Notes: generated by a model from the letters alone, not told the origin. A stretch of 59,812 nt of DNA from Omnitrophica WOR_2 bacterium GWF2_43_52 (GCA_001805445.1 MHGF01000036.1:96010-155821); one strand, 5' to 3'. Positions 16,160 through 25,202 are shown, counted from the first letter of the stretch. Numbers and translations: made by a program.

Positions 16160-16232
16160 TACCGAGGCTCAGCCTTGACACAGGTTCAGCCTTGACACAG
16201 GTTTTTAGCGTATTTAAGGCTGAGCCTCGGTA
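16160..16232 (+). promoter_or_regulatory. 17-bp-arm perfect hairpin enclosing a perfect 17-bp tandem duplication, ending 4 nt before a start codon
   Basis: Arms TACCGAGGCTCAGCCTT (16160-16176) and AAGGCTGAGCCTCGGTA (16216-16232). Tandem CAGCCTTGACACAGGTT at 16170-16186 and 16187-16203. Confidence 0.6.
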
Positions 16233-16235
16233 CAT

Positions 16236-17444
16236 ATGGCAAAGAATTCCGTGTGCAAACAGATAAAAATGATGCGTAAGGAAGACATTTTCATCCGCTA
16301 TTGCGCCCGCCTCAAGGTAGATAACGCCTTAGTAAGGAAGATAGAAAATCTGCCGCTTCCAGCGCTAGACTGGGAGTATATTGTAACACGCGCGCAGGAA
16401 CAGGGGGTTGCCGCGTTATTGTATAAGTGTATTCTAAATAATAATTTTTCTTCCATTGTTCCCCTAAAGGCGCTAGAGGGCTTAAAAAACTATTATTATT
16501 TGCTTCTTGAGCGCAATATTCTTATTCTTAAGGCCTGGGAAGATGGTTTAGCGGTATTGGCTAAGGAAAAAATAGAGGTGCTTGTCTTTAAGGGCCCGGC
16601 TTTATTGGAGCAGGTATATAATGATCCCGGGCTGCGGCCGATGGGAGATATTGATATCCTGGTAAGATTTCAAGATTTAGCCGCGGCAGGCAGGGTATTG
16701 GAAGGGCTGGGCTATCGTGCCGCGCTTGAGGTAGGAGGAATTTCTTCAGGCTGGATAAACGCGCAAAGAAATTCCATTATGTATTTCAGGGACGCGCAAA
16801 ATTCCGCATTTTTCTGGCATGTCTATTGGCACATTATTAATTTCCTGCCCTATAGCCCGGCTATTGTGAAGAAGATAGATATGCTTCGGATTTGGCAGGA
16901 GGCTTCCTACGGTAAGGTTAACGGCCTTCGCTGGCGCGGGTTTTCTTTACATCATCATTTGATTTATTTATCCCTGCATGCCTTTAGCCATAGATATGAA
17001 CCGCTCATTTTGATATGCGATCTGAATGAATTGATTCAAAGTCAAAAAGAGAATATAGATTGGGATGTTGTGATTGAAGAAGCGAAGGTTTTAGGTTTGG
17101 AAAAGTACCTTTATTATAGTTTGTATCTTTTGGTTAGCATCCTGGATACGGATATTCCCGGGGGCGTGTTAGAACGGCTAAGGCCTGAAAGGGTTAGTGT
17201 GTGGGAACGGAAGTTTATTCGCGCGATTTTAGAAGGCAGGCCTTTTTTCTTGGGCGAAATTTTTGCCTCTTTGGCTATGAATGAGAATGTGAGAGAGAGG
17301 TTTGCCTATTTGCATACGCTTCTTTTCCCTCGCCGTCAGGAAATGGCTATCATCAGGCAAAAGGATTGCGCGCGCGTAGGCATTGGCGATTACCTAAGCC
17401 GTATCGTATTTTCTTTTAGTTATTACAGGAAAGACGCTTCTTAA
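16236..17444 (+). CDS. Nucleotidyltransferase family protein (NTP_transf_5-like)
   Basis: 402 aa. FKGPALLEQVYNDPGLRPMGDIDILVRFQDLAAAGRVLEGLGY fits the uncharacterised nucleotidyltransferase family often found beside PqqD/HPrK-like genes. Confidence 0.55.
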   Translation: MAKNSVCKQIKMMRKEDIFIRYCARLKVDNALVRKIENLPLPALDWEYIVTRAQEQGVAALLYKCILNNNFSSIVPLKALEGLKNYYYLLLERNILILKAWEDGLAVLAKEKIEVLVFKGPALLEQVYNDPGLRPMGDIDILVRFQDLAAAGRVLEGLGYRAALEVGGISSGWINAQRNSIMYFRDAQNSAFFWHVYWHIINFLPYSPAIVKKIDMLRIWQEASYGKVNGLRWRGFSLHHHLIYLSLHAFSHRYEPLILICDLNELIQSQKENIDWDVVIEEAKVLGLEKYLYYSLYLLVSILDTDIPGGVLERLRPERVSVWERKFIRAILEGRPFFLGEIFASLAMNENVRERFAYLHTLLFPRRQEMAIIRQKDCARVGIGDYLSRIVFSFSYYRKDAS

Positions 17445-18247
17445 TATTGCCCCAGGGTTGCGTACTTACGGGCCTTTTTTAGGCTCAACGAGAATATGCG
17501 TAAGCTTAAAGGCGCAAGAATCAGGGAAAACAATGCCAGAAAAGTTATTTCTCTTTGTAATTGCATGATAGTATAGTTGCGGTATACCGCCAGTTCTATT
17601 GCCCGGATAGCATAGGTTATAGGGAAGAATTGAGCCAGGAATTGCAGCCAATCAGGAAGAATAGTTATCGGGAAGTAAACGCCGCTTATCAGCCCTTCCA
17701 TAGTACCGACTATCCAATTAAAGGGGTTTCCCCGTTTAAATAAAAGGGTAAAGCTCGCGGAAATTATCCCCAACGCGTTGAAAGAGCTGATAGAAAGAAG
17801 CATGATGATACCGGAGGATAGGATATTGATCTTAGAAAAGTCAATATGGAAGAGGTATACCCCAAAAATAATATAGAGAGCCATTTCTATTGCCGCGTTG
17901 ATTAAATTCCAGAGCCCCATTGAGAATAAGATAGTGTAAATTTTCGCGGGGCTTAACAGTATCGCCTCAAGCGTTCCCTGGACTTGTTCATTGTGGATTT
18001 GGCTGGAAAAAGAGCCCGCGCCAATGCCTATATAACTAAAGAACGCCATGGCTAAGAGGACATAAGAGAAATAGTTTACCCCGAATTCCTCCAAATGGCT
18101 TACTATAGTTTGGCCAAAGAGCCTGTCTATAAAGAAATAGCTGAGCACGCTTACCAGAACAGTAAAAATATTAAAAAGGAAAGATAACCGGTAGCTTGAT
18201 TCTACAAGGAAATCTTTTTTTAAAAAGGCAAAGGCAGTTCTAAACAT
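17441..18247 (-). CDS. ABC-2 type transporter permease
   Basis: 268 aa, about six predicted TM segments. Overlaps the ATPase gene by 8 nt. Confidence 0.75.
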   Translation of the reverse strand: MFRTAFAFLKKDFLVESSYRLSFLFNIFTVLVSVLSYFFIDRLFGQTIVSHLEEFGVNYFSYVLLAMAFFSYIGIGAGSFSSQIHNEQVQGTLEAILLSPAKIYTILFSMGLWNLINAAIEMALYIIFGVYLFHIDFSKINILSSGIIMLLSISSFNALGIISASFTLLFKRGNPFNWIVGTMEGLISGVYFPITILPDWLQFLAQFFPITYAIRAIELAVYRNYTIMQLQREITFLALFSLILAPLSLRIFSLSLKKARKYATLGQY

Positions 18248-19034
18248 AGCGCGATTTGGTCAAGGTAATAAATATTTCTCCTAAGCCGGCGGCGGGCTTA
18301 TCCACGAATGTTCTTAGCTCATCCAGTGTCCCCATGCCAAGGATTGTTCCTTTGCGCAGTATCATAAAGATATCCGCGAATTCCATGGCCTCATCCATAT
18401 GATGGCTGGTAAAAATTACCGTTTTAGCCTCTTTTTTTACTAATTTGTCCCTGATAAAATTCCTTAGGTAAACGGCACTTGGGTAATCCAGGCTTTTTGT
18501 CGGCTCATCCAGCAAAATAAGCTCAGGATTATGGATAATTCCCCGCATCAGCGCGAATTTCCGTTTCATGCCTGTAGAATAAGAATCAAAGCGCTTATCG
18601 GCATAGTCAACCTCAAATAAATCCAGCAGTTCATCAATGCGCCTGCGGGTATTTTCTTTGTTTAAACCATAGAGTGCCGCGAAAAAATCCAGGTTTTGCC
18701 TTCCGGTAAGCCTCCAGTAGAAGCTTCTTTCTTCATCAAGGATAAGGCCGACGAAAGATTTTAACTTCTCATCGTCTTTTCCGGTGTGATATCCGTTGAC
18801 TATAATATCGCCTTGGTCAGGGAGGATGAGGGTCGCGATAATTTTAAGCAGGGTGGTTTTTCCCGCGCCGTTAGGGCCAAGGATACCCAGAATTTTGCCC
18901 CTCGACAAACCAAAGGAGAGGTTATCCAGCGCTTGTATGGTGATGTTTTTGGCCGCAAGGCCCAGGAGTGAGCGTAAAGAAAGCGGCGGCCTGAATTCCT
19001 TGGTAATGCCTGAGACGGTTACTATTGATTCCAT
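18240..19034 (-). CDS. ABC transporter ATP-binding protein
   Basis: 264 aa. Walker A GPNGAGKTT, signature YSTGMKRK, Walker B ILLDEPTKSLD. Confidence 0.92.
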   Translation of the reverse strand: MESIVTVSGITKEFRPPLSLRSLLGLAAKNITIQALDNLSFGLSRGKILGILGPNGAGKTTLLKIIATLILPDQGDIIVNGYHTGKDDEKLKSFVGLILDEERSFYWRLTGRQNLDFFAALYGLNKENTRRRIDELLDLFEVDYADKRFDSYSTGMKRKFALMRGIIHNPELILLDEPTKSLDYPSAVYLRNFIRDKLVKKEAKTVIFTSHHMDEAMEFADIFMILRKGTILGMGTLDELRTFVDKPAAGLGEIFITLTKSRYV

Positions 19035-19064
19035 GAGGAGGTATCATAGCACAATAAATTATAC

Positions 19065-19092
19065 TTGACAAATATTCGTTAAACTGTATAGT
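19065..19092 (+). promoter_or_regulatory. Candidate sigma70-type promoter TTGACA-16 nt-TATAGT
   Basis: TTGACA at 19065-19070 and TATAGT at 19087-19092, in the divergent AT-rich gap between the exporter and the MerR-like gene. About 160 nt upstream of the ATG at 19254. Confidence 0.35.
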
Positions 19093-19253
19093 GTTTACAG
19101 TAAGTACAGTAAATACTATGAATACGGTATATTCAGAATATGCGGAATATCTGGTATATCCAGATTATACAGTAGTTTACATTGAAAAAGCCAATTTTAA
19201 ACACTAATTCCCACAAATAAAATGAGGTTTTTCAGCGATAACTACAGTAAATT

Positions 19254-19487
19254 ATGATGGCAGACGGCACTTTAATTACAATTCGCGAGATAGTCAAAAG
19301 GCATAACGTTACTTCTTTTACCGTTAACCATTATACGGATATCGGTCTTTTGAATGTGGTGAGCAAGAAGAAAAACGTCCGCTTGTATGATGCCTCAGAA
19401 GTCAAGGAACGGCTCAAGCGTATCGTGGAGCTCAAAGACCAGGGATATCCGCTGCGTTTAATCAGAATGGAGCTATTGAAAGGCTAA
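19254..19487 (+). CDS. Small MerR/excisionase-type helix-turn-helix protein
   Basis: 77 aa. ITIREIVKRHNVTSFTVNHYTDIGLL is an HTH pattern. First gene of the glycan locus. Confidence 0.5.
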   Translation: MMADGTLITIREIVKRHNVTSFTVNHYTDIGLLNVVSKKKNVRLYDASEVKERLKRIVELKDQGYPLRLIRMELLKG

Positions 19488-19491
19488 CCCC

Positions 19492-20352
19492 ATGCGTATA
19501 CCTATCTGTGCTGCTATAGGCATCATTGGAACACTTGTTTTCCATCCTCTTCATGGCTTTGGGCAGGGTTCAAGGGAAGAAGCCATCGATTACTATAAAA
19601 AAGGAAGGCACTTGTACGAACAGGGCAAGTATAAGGATGCCTCAGAGGCATTTGAAAGGGCCTTAGAAACGCAGGCTCAAGAAAAAAAAGAGCTCGTAAA
19701 AAAAGCGCGAGAGAAGGCCGAGACGCCAAACGTTACCCAGGGAATCCCTGAATATGTCGTAGGTGAGGAAGATGCCTTGTTTATTTCGGTATGGCAGAAT
19801 AAGGATCTTGATCAGGAAGTGGTGGTGCGCCCTGACGGGAAGATCTCTTTCCCGTTAATCGGGGATATCCAGGCAAGCGGCTTAACCATATCGGGTCTAG
19901 ATGACGTTATTACCAAGGCGCTTCAGGAATATATCAAATATCCCGATGTTTCCATAATCGTCAGAAAGCTTGGAGGCAAGAAAATCATTATGTTGGGAGA
20001 AGTAGTAGGCCCTGGAGTGCGTTCGGTTACGGGCAGAAGGACGATCCTTGAGGCAATTGCCTTATGTGGAGGTTTTACTAACCACGCGGTAACCTCAAGC
20101 GTAGTTCTTATCCGGGGAGGCTTTAGCAAACCCAAAGGAATGAGGCTTAACCTTGAGCGGGCCATAAGCAAGGCGGATATGAGCCAGAATGTCGTCCTTG
20201 AGCCGGAAGATATCGTGTATGTGCCTAAGAAATTTATCGCTAACGTGAATTATTTTGTTACTCAAATTATCGGCCCTATAGCCCAGGGAATGTATACCGC
20301 CGAAAAGCTTTCTACCTTTGGGCAGACGCCGGCGGCAGTTACCTCACAATAA
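19492..20352 (+). CDS. Polysaccharide export protein (Wza-like; Poly_export + SLBB)
   Basis: 286 aa. YVVGEEDALFISVWQNKDLDQEVVVRPDGKISFPLIGDIQASGLT, followed by an SLBB-like segment. Confidence 0.8.
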   Translation: MRIPICAAIGIIGTLVFHPLHGFGQGSREEAIDYYKKGRHLYEQGKYKDASEAFERALETQAQEKKELVKKAREKAETPNVTQGIPEYVVGEEDALFISVWQNKDLDQEVVVRPDGKISFPLIGDIQASGLTISGLDDVITKALQEYIKYPDVSIIVRKLGGKKIIMLGEVVGPGVRSVTGRRTILEAIALCGGFTNHAVTSSVVLIRGGFSKPKGMRLNLERAISKADMSQNVVLEPEDIVYVPKKFIANVNYFVTQIIGPIAQGMYTAEKLSTFGQTPAAVTSQ

Positions 20353-20369
20353 TCAAAGACAGGAGAGCA

Positions 20370-22298
20370 ATGAATTTACCGCAATACGAATTAAATATCA
20401 GCGACTACCTGCGTATTATCCGCAAGCGTAAAAGTATCATTATTGTTTCTTTTGTGCTGGTTACGGCTTTAAGCCTTTTTTACGTTTCGAAGCAGAAGGC
20501 GTGGTATGAGGCAGTAACAACAGTCAAGATAGCAGAGCGAAAAACAATCGCGGGGCTTCTTGCCGAATGGATTGCCTATAACCCCGGCAATATCATGGAA
20601 TCGGAGACCAAGCTTATCACGGGTTTTCCCGTAATGAAGAAAGTTGTGCTCCGTTTGAAAATGGTAGATGAAAATGCCGCGGACGAAGATATTTTTAATG
20701 CTATCGCGCAGGTACAGGGAGGTGTGAGCGCGAAAACATTTAAGGATACCAATATTATAGAGATTATCGCGCGAAGTGATAATGCCAAAAAGGCAATGGA
20801 ATTGGCAAATATGGTTGCCGGTGTGTATGTAGAGGAGAATTTGCTGGAGAAAAATAAACAGGCAAGCACAGCGCGTAAGTTTATTGAGGAGCAGTTGTCT
20901 TCGCTCGACGAGAAGTTGAGAAAGAATGAAGAAGGCCTCAAGACATTCGGCGAAGAAGTCAAAGGTATTCGGGGAAGTTCCGCTATACAGGAAAAATTAG
21001 TGCAGCTGGAATTTGAGTTGCAAAGCCTTTTGCAAAAATATACCCATAAGCATCCCGCGGTACGGCAGCTAAAGGATCAAATGAAGGAGTTAGAGGAACA
21101 GCAAAAAGGATTTTCCGGCAGGGAACTTGAATACGCGAGGCTTCAGAGGGAAGTAGAAGTAGGCCGTAAACTCTATGCCATGCTTAAGGAAAAGCTTGAA
21201 GAGGCGCGTATTAATGAAGCGCAAAGAGTGAGCGATGTTTCAGTTGTTGATCCCGCGGTAGTGCCTTCGGCACCGATGAATCCTGAAAAGAAGGCGGGGG
21301 TACTCTTGAGCGGCCTGTTAGGAATTATTTTGGGGATAATTCTCGCGTTTGTCTTTGAAAGTTTGGATACCTCTATAGGGACTATTGAAGATGTTGAACG
21401 CCTTACAAGCTTGCCTGTATTAGGGGTTGTCCCTTTGATCAGCAGTCAACTGCAGGAAAAAGAGGAGGAAGAAGCAAAAGGCATAGTTGAGAGATTTCTG
21501 CGTCATTTCTTTGCTTCTCATCAGCCAAAGGCGGATGAACGGTATGTGCGCCTCATTGTCCACCATGAGCCTCGTTCAGTAATTACTGAAAGCTACAGAA
21601 CCATACGTACTAATCTTAAGCTTAACCCTTCACTGCGGACTATTCTTGTTACCAGCGCGCAGCCTTCAGAAGGGAAAACAAGCGTGTTAACTAATTTAGG
21701 CTTAATGATTGCTCAAACTGGCGCAAAGATACTTTTAGTTTCAACAGACTTGCGGCGCCCTACGTTAGCCGAGACCTTTGGGATAAAAAGGGAGCCGGGA
21801 TTAAATGAAGTGGTGAATAAATCCGTGACCTTAGACGCAGCGATACGCGGTATCTCCGATATCATGCTGGGCGATCTGAGGTTAGACAAAATTATGGAAT
21901 CCCCGGGAATAGAAAATATTCATATTTTAGCTTCGGGAAGCATTCCTGTCAATCCTGCGGAACTCCTGATGTCAAAGGAAATGCAAAGCCTTATAGGAGA
22001 GCTAAAACGCAGATTTGACATTATCTTGATGGATTCCCCTCCTGTATTACCGATAAGCGACGCGAATCTTCTTGCTTCAAAAGTTGACGGGATAATCTTA
22101 GTCTATGAAGCCGGAAGAACAGCCCGCAGCGCGCTCTTGCGCGCCAAGATCCAGCTTGAGTCAGCGGGGGCAAAAATCTTGGGAGTAGTATTAAACCACA
22201 TAAGAGTAAGGACTGACCTGCTCATGCATCCTCCAGGCTACTATAAATATCGGTATCACGAGAAACCTTCAGAAAAAAACGGTAAGCCTGAAAAATAA
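20370..22298 (+). CDS. Chain-length determinant fused to BY-kinase (Wzc/GumC-like)
   Basis: 642 aa. Wzz-type N-terminus with TM segment, long coiled coil, second TM. Walker A SAQPSEGKTS, Walker B ILMDSPP, C-terminal Tyr cluster GYYKYRYH. Confidence 0.85.
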   Translation: MNLPQYELNISDYLRIIRKRKSIIIVSFVLVTALSLFYVSKQKAWYEAVTTVKIAERKTIAGLLAEWIAYNPGNIMESETKLITGFPVMKKVVLRLKMVDENAADEDIFNAIAQVQGGVSAKTFKDTNIIEIIARSDNAKKAMELANMVAGVYVEENLLEKNKQASTARKFIEEQLSSLDEKLRKNEEGLKTFGEEVKGIRGSSAIQEKLVQLEFELQSLLQKYTHKHPAVRQLKDQMKELEEQQKGFSGRELEYARLQREVEVGRKLYAMLKEKLEEARINEAQRVSDVSVVDPAVVPSAPMNPEKKAGVLLSGLLGIILGIILAFVFESLDTSIGTIEDVERLTSLPVLGVVPLISSQLQEKEEEEAKGIVERFLRHFFASHQPKADERYVRLIVHHEPRSVITESYRTIRTNLKLNPSLRTILVTSAQPSEGKTSVLTNLGLMIAQTGAKILLVSTDLRRPTLAETFGIKREPGLNEVVNKSVTLDAAIRGISDIMLGDLRLDKIMESPGIENIHILASGSIPVNPAELLMSKEMQSLIGELKRRFDIILMDSPPVLPISDANLLASKVDGIILVYEAGRTARSALLRAKIQLESAGAKILGVVLNHIRVRTDLLMHPPGYYKYRYHEKPSEKNGKPEK

Positions 22299-22351
22299 TA
22301 GAGACCAGCGGGAAATTAGTTCATTCTAAAAGCATTACCGAGGAAATACCG

Positions 22352-23638
22352 TTGCCTACATATTATCTTGTTATAGCTATTCTTGCCCTTATCATCTTTT
22401 TCATTTCTCTGATTAAAACCGACGTCGCCCTGATTATTTTAATTCTGGCGATGCTTTTTTCTCCGGAGTTTAGGGCAGGCGATATCCCTGGCCGCGCTGT
22501 GGTATTGCGTATTGATGATGTGTTTCTGCTGGTGATATTCATTGGCTGGTTGGCTAGGATGGCGATTAATAAGGAGTTTGGGCTTTTGAGGGCTACTCCC
22601 TTAAATCTGCCAATTCTTACGTATACCTCTATTTGCATTGTGGCGACGCTTATGGGAGCACTGCGGGGCCAAATAAGGATGACCCAGGGTATTTTTTATC
22701 TTTTGAAGTACCTTGAGTATTTTTTTCTTTTTTTTATGGTGGTTAATAATATTCAGAGCAAAAAACAGGCGAAGCTTTTTGTCTATTGCTTATTCACAAC
22801 CTGTTTTTTAGTTTGTCTTTATGCCTGGATTGCTAAGGGAAGTATAGAAGGAAGGGTCACCGCGCCATTTGAGGGTAAAGAAGGTGGAGAGCCAAATACC
22901 TTTGCCGGATATTTGATATTAATGATGGCGTTGATGATTAGTTTTATTATTCATACGCAATCTCAAAAACAGAGGATACTCTTTCTTGCTCTTTTAGGGT
23001 TTGCTTTTGTTCCGTTTATCTTGACTCTTTCCCGAAGCGGATGGTTATCCTTTTTTCCCATGTATGTAACATTCCTGGTGATACCGCATCGCTACCGATT
23101 GTTAATGTTTGCGGGTTTGCTTATGCTTATTGCGCTTATGCCGGTTGTGGCGCCGGAACGCGTGCGCTTACGGGTAATGGAAACGTTTGCTCCGGAAAAA
23201 ACATATAAAGTTTTGGGTAAAGATTTGAATATCGCGGAGTCAGCGGCAGCGCGTATTGATTCCTGGCAGATTGGATTTCAGCGTTGGGCGCAAAGGCCGA
23301 TTCTTGGTTTTGGAATTCCCGTAGGAACAGTGATTGACAATCAGTATACGCGCGTATTGGCGGAGACGGGAATTATTGGGATTTTGGCATTTTTTTGGAT
23401 TATCAAAGCCCTTTTTGCCTCAGCCCGGAGGCTTTGTGTGGTTATGAAGCACGATACCCTGAGCCAGGCTCTTGGCATTGGGTTTATCGCTGGTTTAGTT
23501 GGGCTTTTGGTATTATCGAGTTCAGCGGCAGTGTTTATCCTTATACGGATAATGGAGCCGTTTTGGTTTTTGGCCGCGATAATAACGGTTCTGCCTGAGA
23601 TAGCGCAAGAGGCGGATAACGCGCACACCTATGGATGA
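22352..23638 (+). CDS. O-antigen ligase/polymerase-like membrane protein (Wzy_C type)
   Basis: 428 aa, polytopic, TTG start per the track. LTLSRSGWLSF motif typical of the family. Confidence 0.6.
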   Translation: MPTYYLVIAILALIIFFISLIKTDVALIILILAMLFSPEFRAGDIPGRAVVLRIDDVFLLVIFIGWLARMAINKEFGLLRATPLNLPILTYTSICIVATLMGALRGQIRMTQGIFYLLKYLEYFFLFFMVVNNIQSKKQAKLFVYCLFTTCFLVCLYAWIAKGSIEGRVTAPFEGKEGGEPNTFAGYLILMMALMISFIIHTQSQKQRILFLALLGFAFVPFILTLSRSGWLSFFPMYVTFLVIPHRYRLLMFAGLLMLIALMPVVAPERVRLRVMETFAPEKTYKVLGKDLNIAESAAARIDSWQIGFQRWAQRPILGFGIPVGTVIDNQYTRVLAETGIIGILAFFWIIKALFASARRLCVVMKHDTLSQALGIGFIAGLVGLLVLSSSAAVFILIRIMEPFWFLAAIITVLPEIAQEADNAHTYG

Positions 23639-25202
23639 AAATAGTTTATCGCAGAAGATAATAAGGAATACTTTCTTTAATATTATAGGGCGAGCGTGGG
23701 GAATGTTGGTTTCTTTTTTGTTAACACCGTATATTATCCGTTCTCTCGGTTTAGAAAGATTTGGTATCTGGGCTGTGGTAACTATACTCACCACCTATTA
23801 CGGTTTATTGGATTTTGGCTTAGGCGCGTCTTTTATAAAATATATCAGCGAATTCCATGCAAAAAATGAAAGGGATAAAATAAATCAGGTTGTCAATACA
23901 GGATTCATTCTTTATTCATTTTTAGCCATAGCAATCATTGGTGTATCAGTGTTCTCAAGGCGCTTCTTGCTTGATTCTTTCAATATCCCTTCTTATCTGC
24001 AAAGTGAAGCTTGGTTTGTTCTATGCACCGGGATTATCATATTTGTTGCCTCAAATGCCTTTGGGCCATTTGTTTCTCTCCAGGGTGGATTACAAAGGAT
24101 GGATATATCCAATAGAATAGCAATAGGTATTTCATTGCCGTATATTGTAGGCACATTATTTTTCTTGAAGAATGGCTATGGATTGCCCGGATTAATGGTT
24201 AACAATTGCCTTATTTTTGTTTTACAGAGCGTCATTAACATCGCCGTTGCCTTTAAGATTTTTCCCGGCTTAAGGCTTCATTCCTGCCACTTCAGCAAGG
24301 ATATAGCTAAAAAATTGTTAGGATTTGGTTTTAGAATGCAGCTCGCCAGGCTTTCAGGCGTAGTGACAGCTCAGACTGATAAGATTTTGATTGCCTGCTT
24401 TTTATCGCTTAGTTTGGTTACGTTTTACCAGCTCGGAAGCAGTATTGTCTTTTACGCTCTTTCTATCTCCGGTTTGTTTGTTTCGGCATTAATGCCGGCC
24501 TTTTCTGAAATTGAAGCCAGGGGTGAACGGCTGAAACTTATTGACGCGTATTTATTGACTACAAAGTATTTATCATTTCTTGTGGTGCCGTTATTTATAC
24601 TCCTGATACTATCGCCATTTTATATAATGACGGCCTGGATGGGCCGAGGATATGAAAAATCGGGTGTCATTATTCAAATCTTGGCGGCAGGCTATCTGGC
24701 CAATACGATTGCGCAAATTGCTTCTTCCGTATGCGCGGCTATTGATAGGCCTCAGTTGTTGGCGGCGGCTTCCACGATGATTATTGTGCTTAACATCGGT
24801 TTGAGCCTAATTTTTGTAAACATTTTTGGATTTTTGGGAGTTGCGTGGGGAACAATGATTGCTGTTAATCTTGGGACTATGTACTTCTTCTTTCAAGTAA
24901 ATAAGGCGTTAGGGATTTCTCAGAAGAAATTGATTAAAGTGACGCTCCCCTATCTTGCGACGGGTATCTTTTGCGCGTTGGCAGTCTACAGCGTGGATAT
25001 CGCCGCGCATAAGATATTTCTGACATCCTCGCGGCCTTTGGCTTTAGGGGCATTTACTGCGAGGAGCGTACTATTTCTCATCGCGTATGTGGCTTGCGCG
25101 CGGTATCTAAAATTACTCGATGAAAATGATATGCTTCTCTTTAAACAGAAGTTTCCCTTTGCCAATCGCGTACTATCGAAAATATGCAAGGTGAAAATTT
25201 AA
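23631..25202 (+). CDS. Oligosaccharide flippase (Wzx/MOP superfamily)
   Basis: 523 aa, about 14 TM segments. N-terminus IIRNTFFNIIGRAWGMLVSFLLTPYIIRSLGLERFGIW. Confidence 0.8.
   Translation: MDENSLSQKIIRNTFFNIIGRAWGMLVSFLLTPYIIRSLGLERFGIWAVVTILTTYYGLLDFGLGASFIKYISEFHAKNERDKINQVVNTGFILYSFLAIAIIGVSVFSRRFLLDSFNIPSYLQSEAWFVLCTGIIIFVASNAFGPFVSLQGGLQRMDISNRIAIGISLPYIVGTLFFLKNGYGLPGLMVNNCLIFVLQSVINIAVAFKIFPGLRLHSCHFSKDIAKKLLGFGFRMQLARLSGVVTAQTDKILIACFLSLSLVTFYQLGSSIVFYALSISGLFVSALMPAFSEIEARGERLKLIDAYLLTTKYLSFLVVPLFILLILSPFYIMTAWMGRGYEKSGVIIQILAAGYLANTIAQIASSVCAAIDRPQLLAAASTMIIVLNIGLSLIFVNIFGFLGVAWGTMIAVNLGTMYFFFQVNKALGISQKKLIKVTLPYLATGIFCALAVYSVDIAAHKIFLTSSRPLALGAFTARSVLFLIAYVACARYLKLLDENDMLLFKQKFPFANRVLSKICKVKI

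Noticed and set aside
16102-16266. 54-aa ORF (MRIHYYEHKSTMHKLNAKALPRLSLDTG...) between the kinase-like and nucleotidyltransferase genes, considered as a second precursor peptide.
   Set aside because: No Shine-Dalgarno sequence precedes it. Its sequence is the translation of a CAC-word repeat plus the 17-bp hairpin and duplication. It also overlaps the start of the next gene.
9439-17444. Lasso-peptide cluster, suggested by the PqqD, HPrK-like kinase and nucleotidyltransferase genes.
   Set aside because: There is no asparagine-synthetase-like lasso cyclase and no transglutaminase-like leader protease. Two radical SAM enzymes are present instead. The candidate core lacks the typical N-terminal Gly/Cys with an Asp/Glu at positions 7-9.
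19035-19253. AT-rich TACAGTA / GTATAT / GAATAT word series in the divergent exporter/MerR gap, considered as a member of the periodic word-repeat family.
   Set aside because: The period is irregular (7-10 nt) and no complementary arm is present. Ordinary promoter/operator DNA explains it adequately. Only the TTGACA-16-TATAGT candidate promoter was kept, at low confidence.
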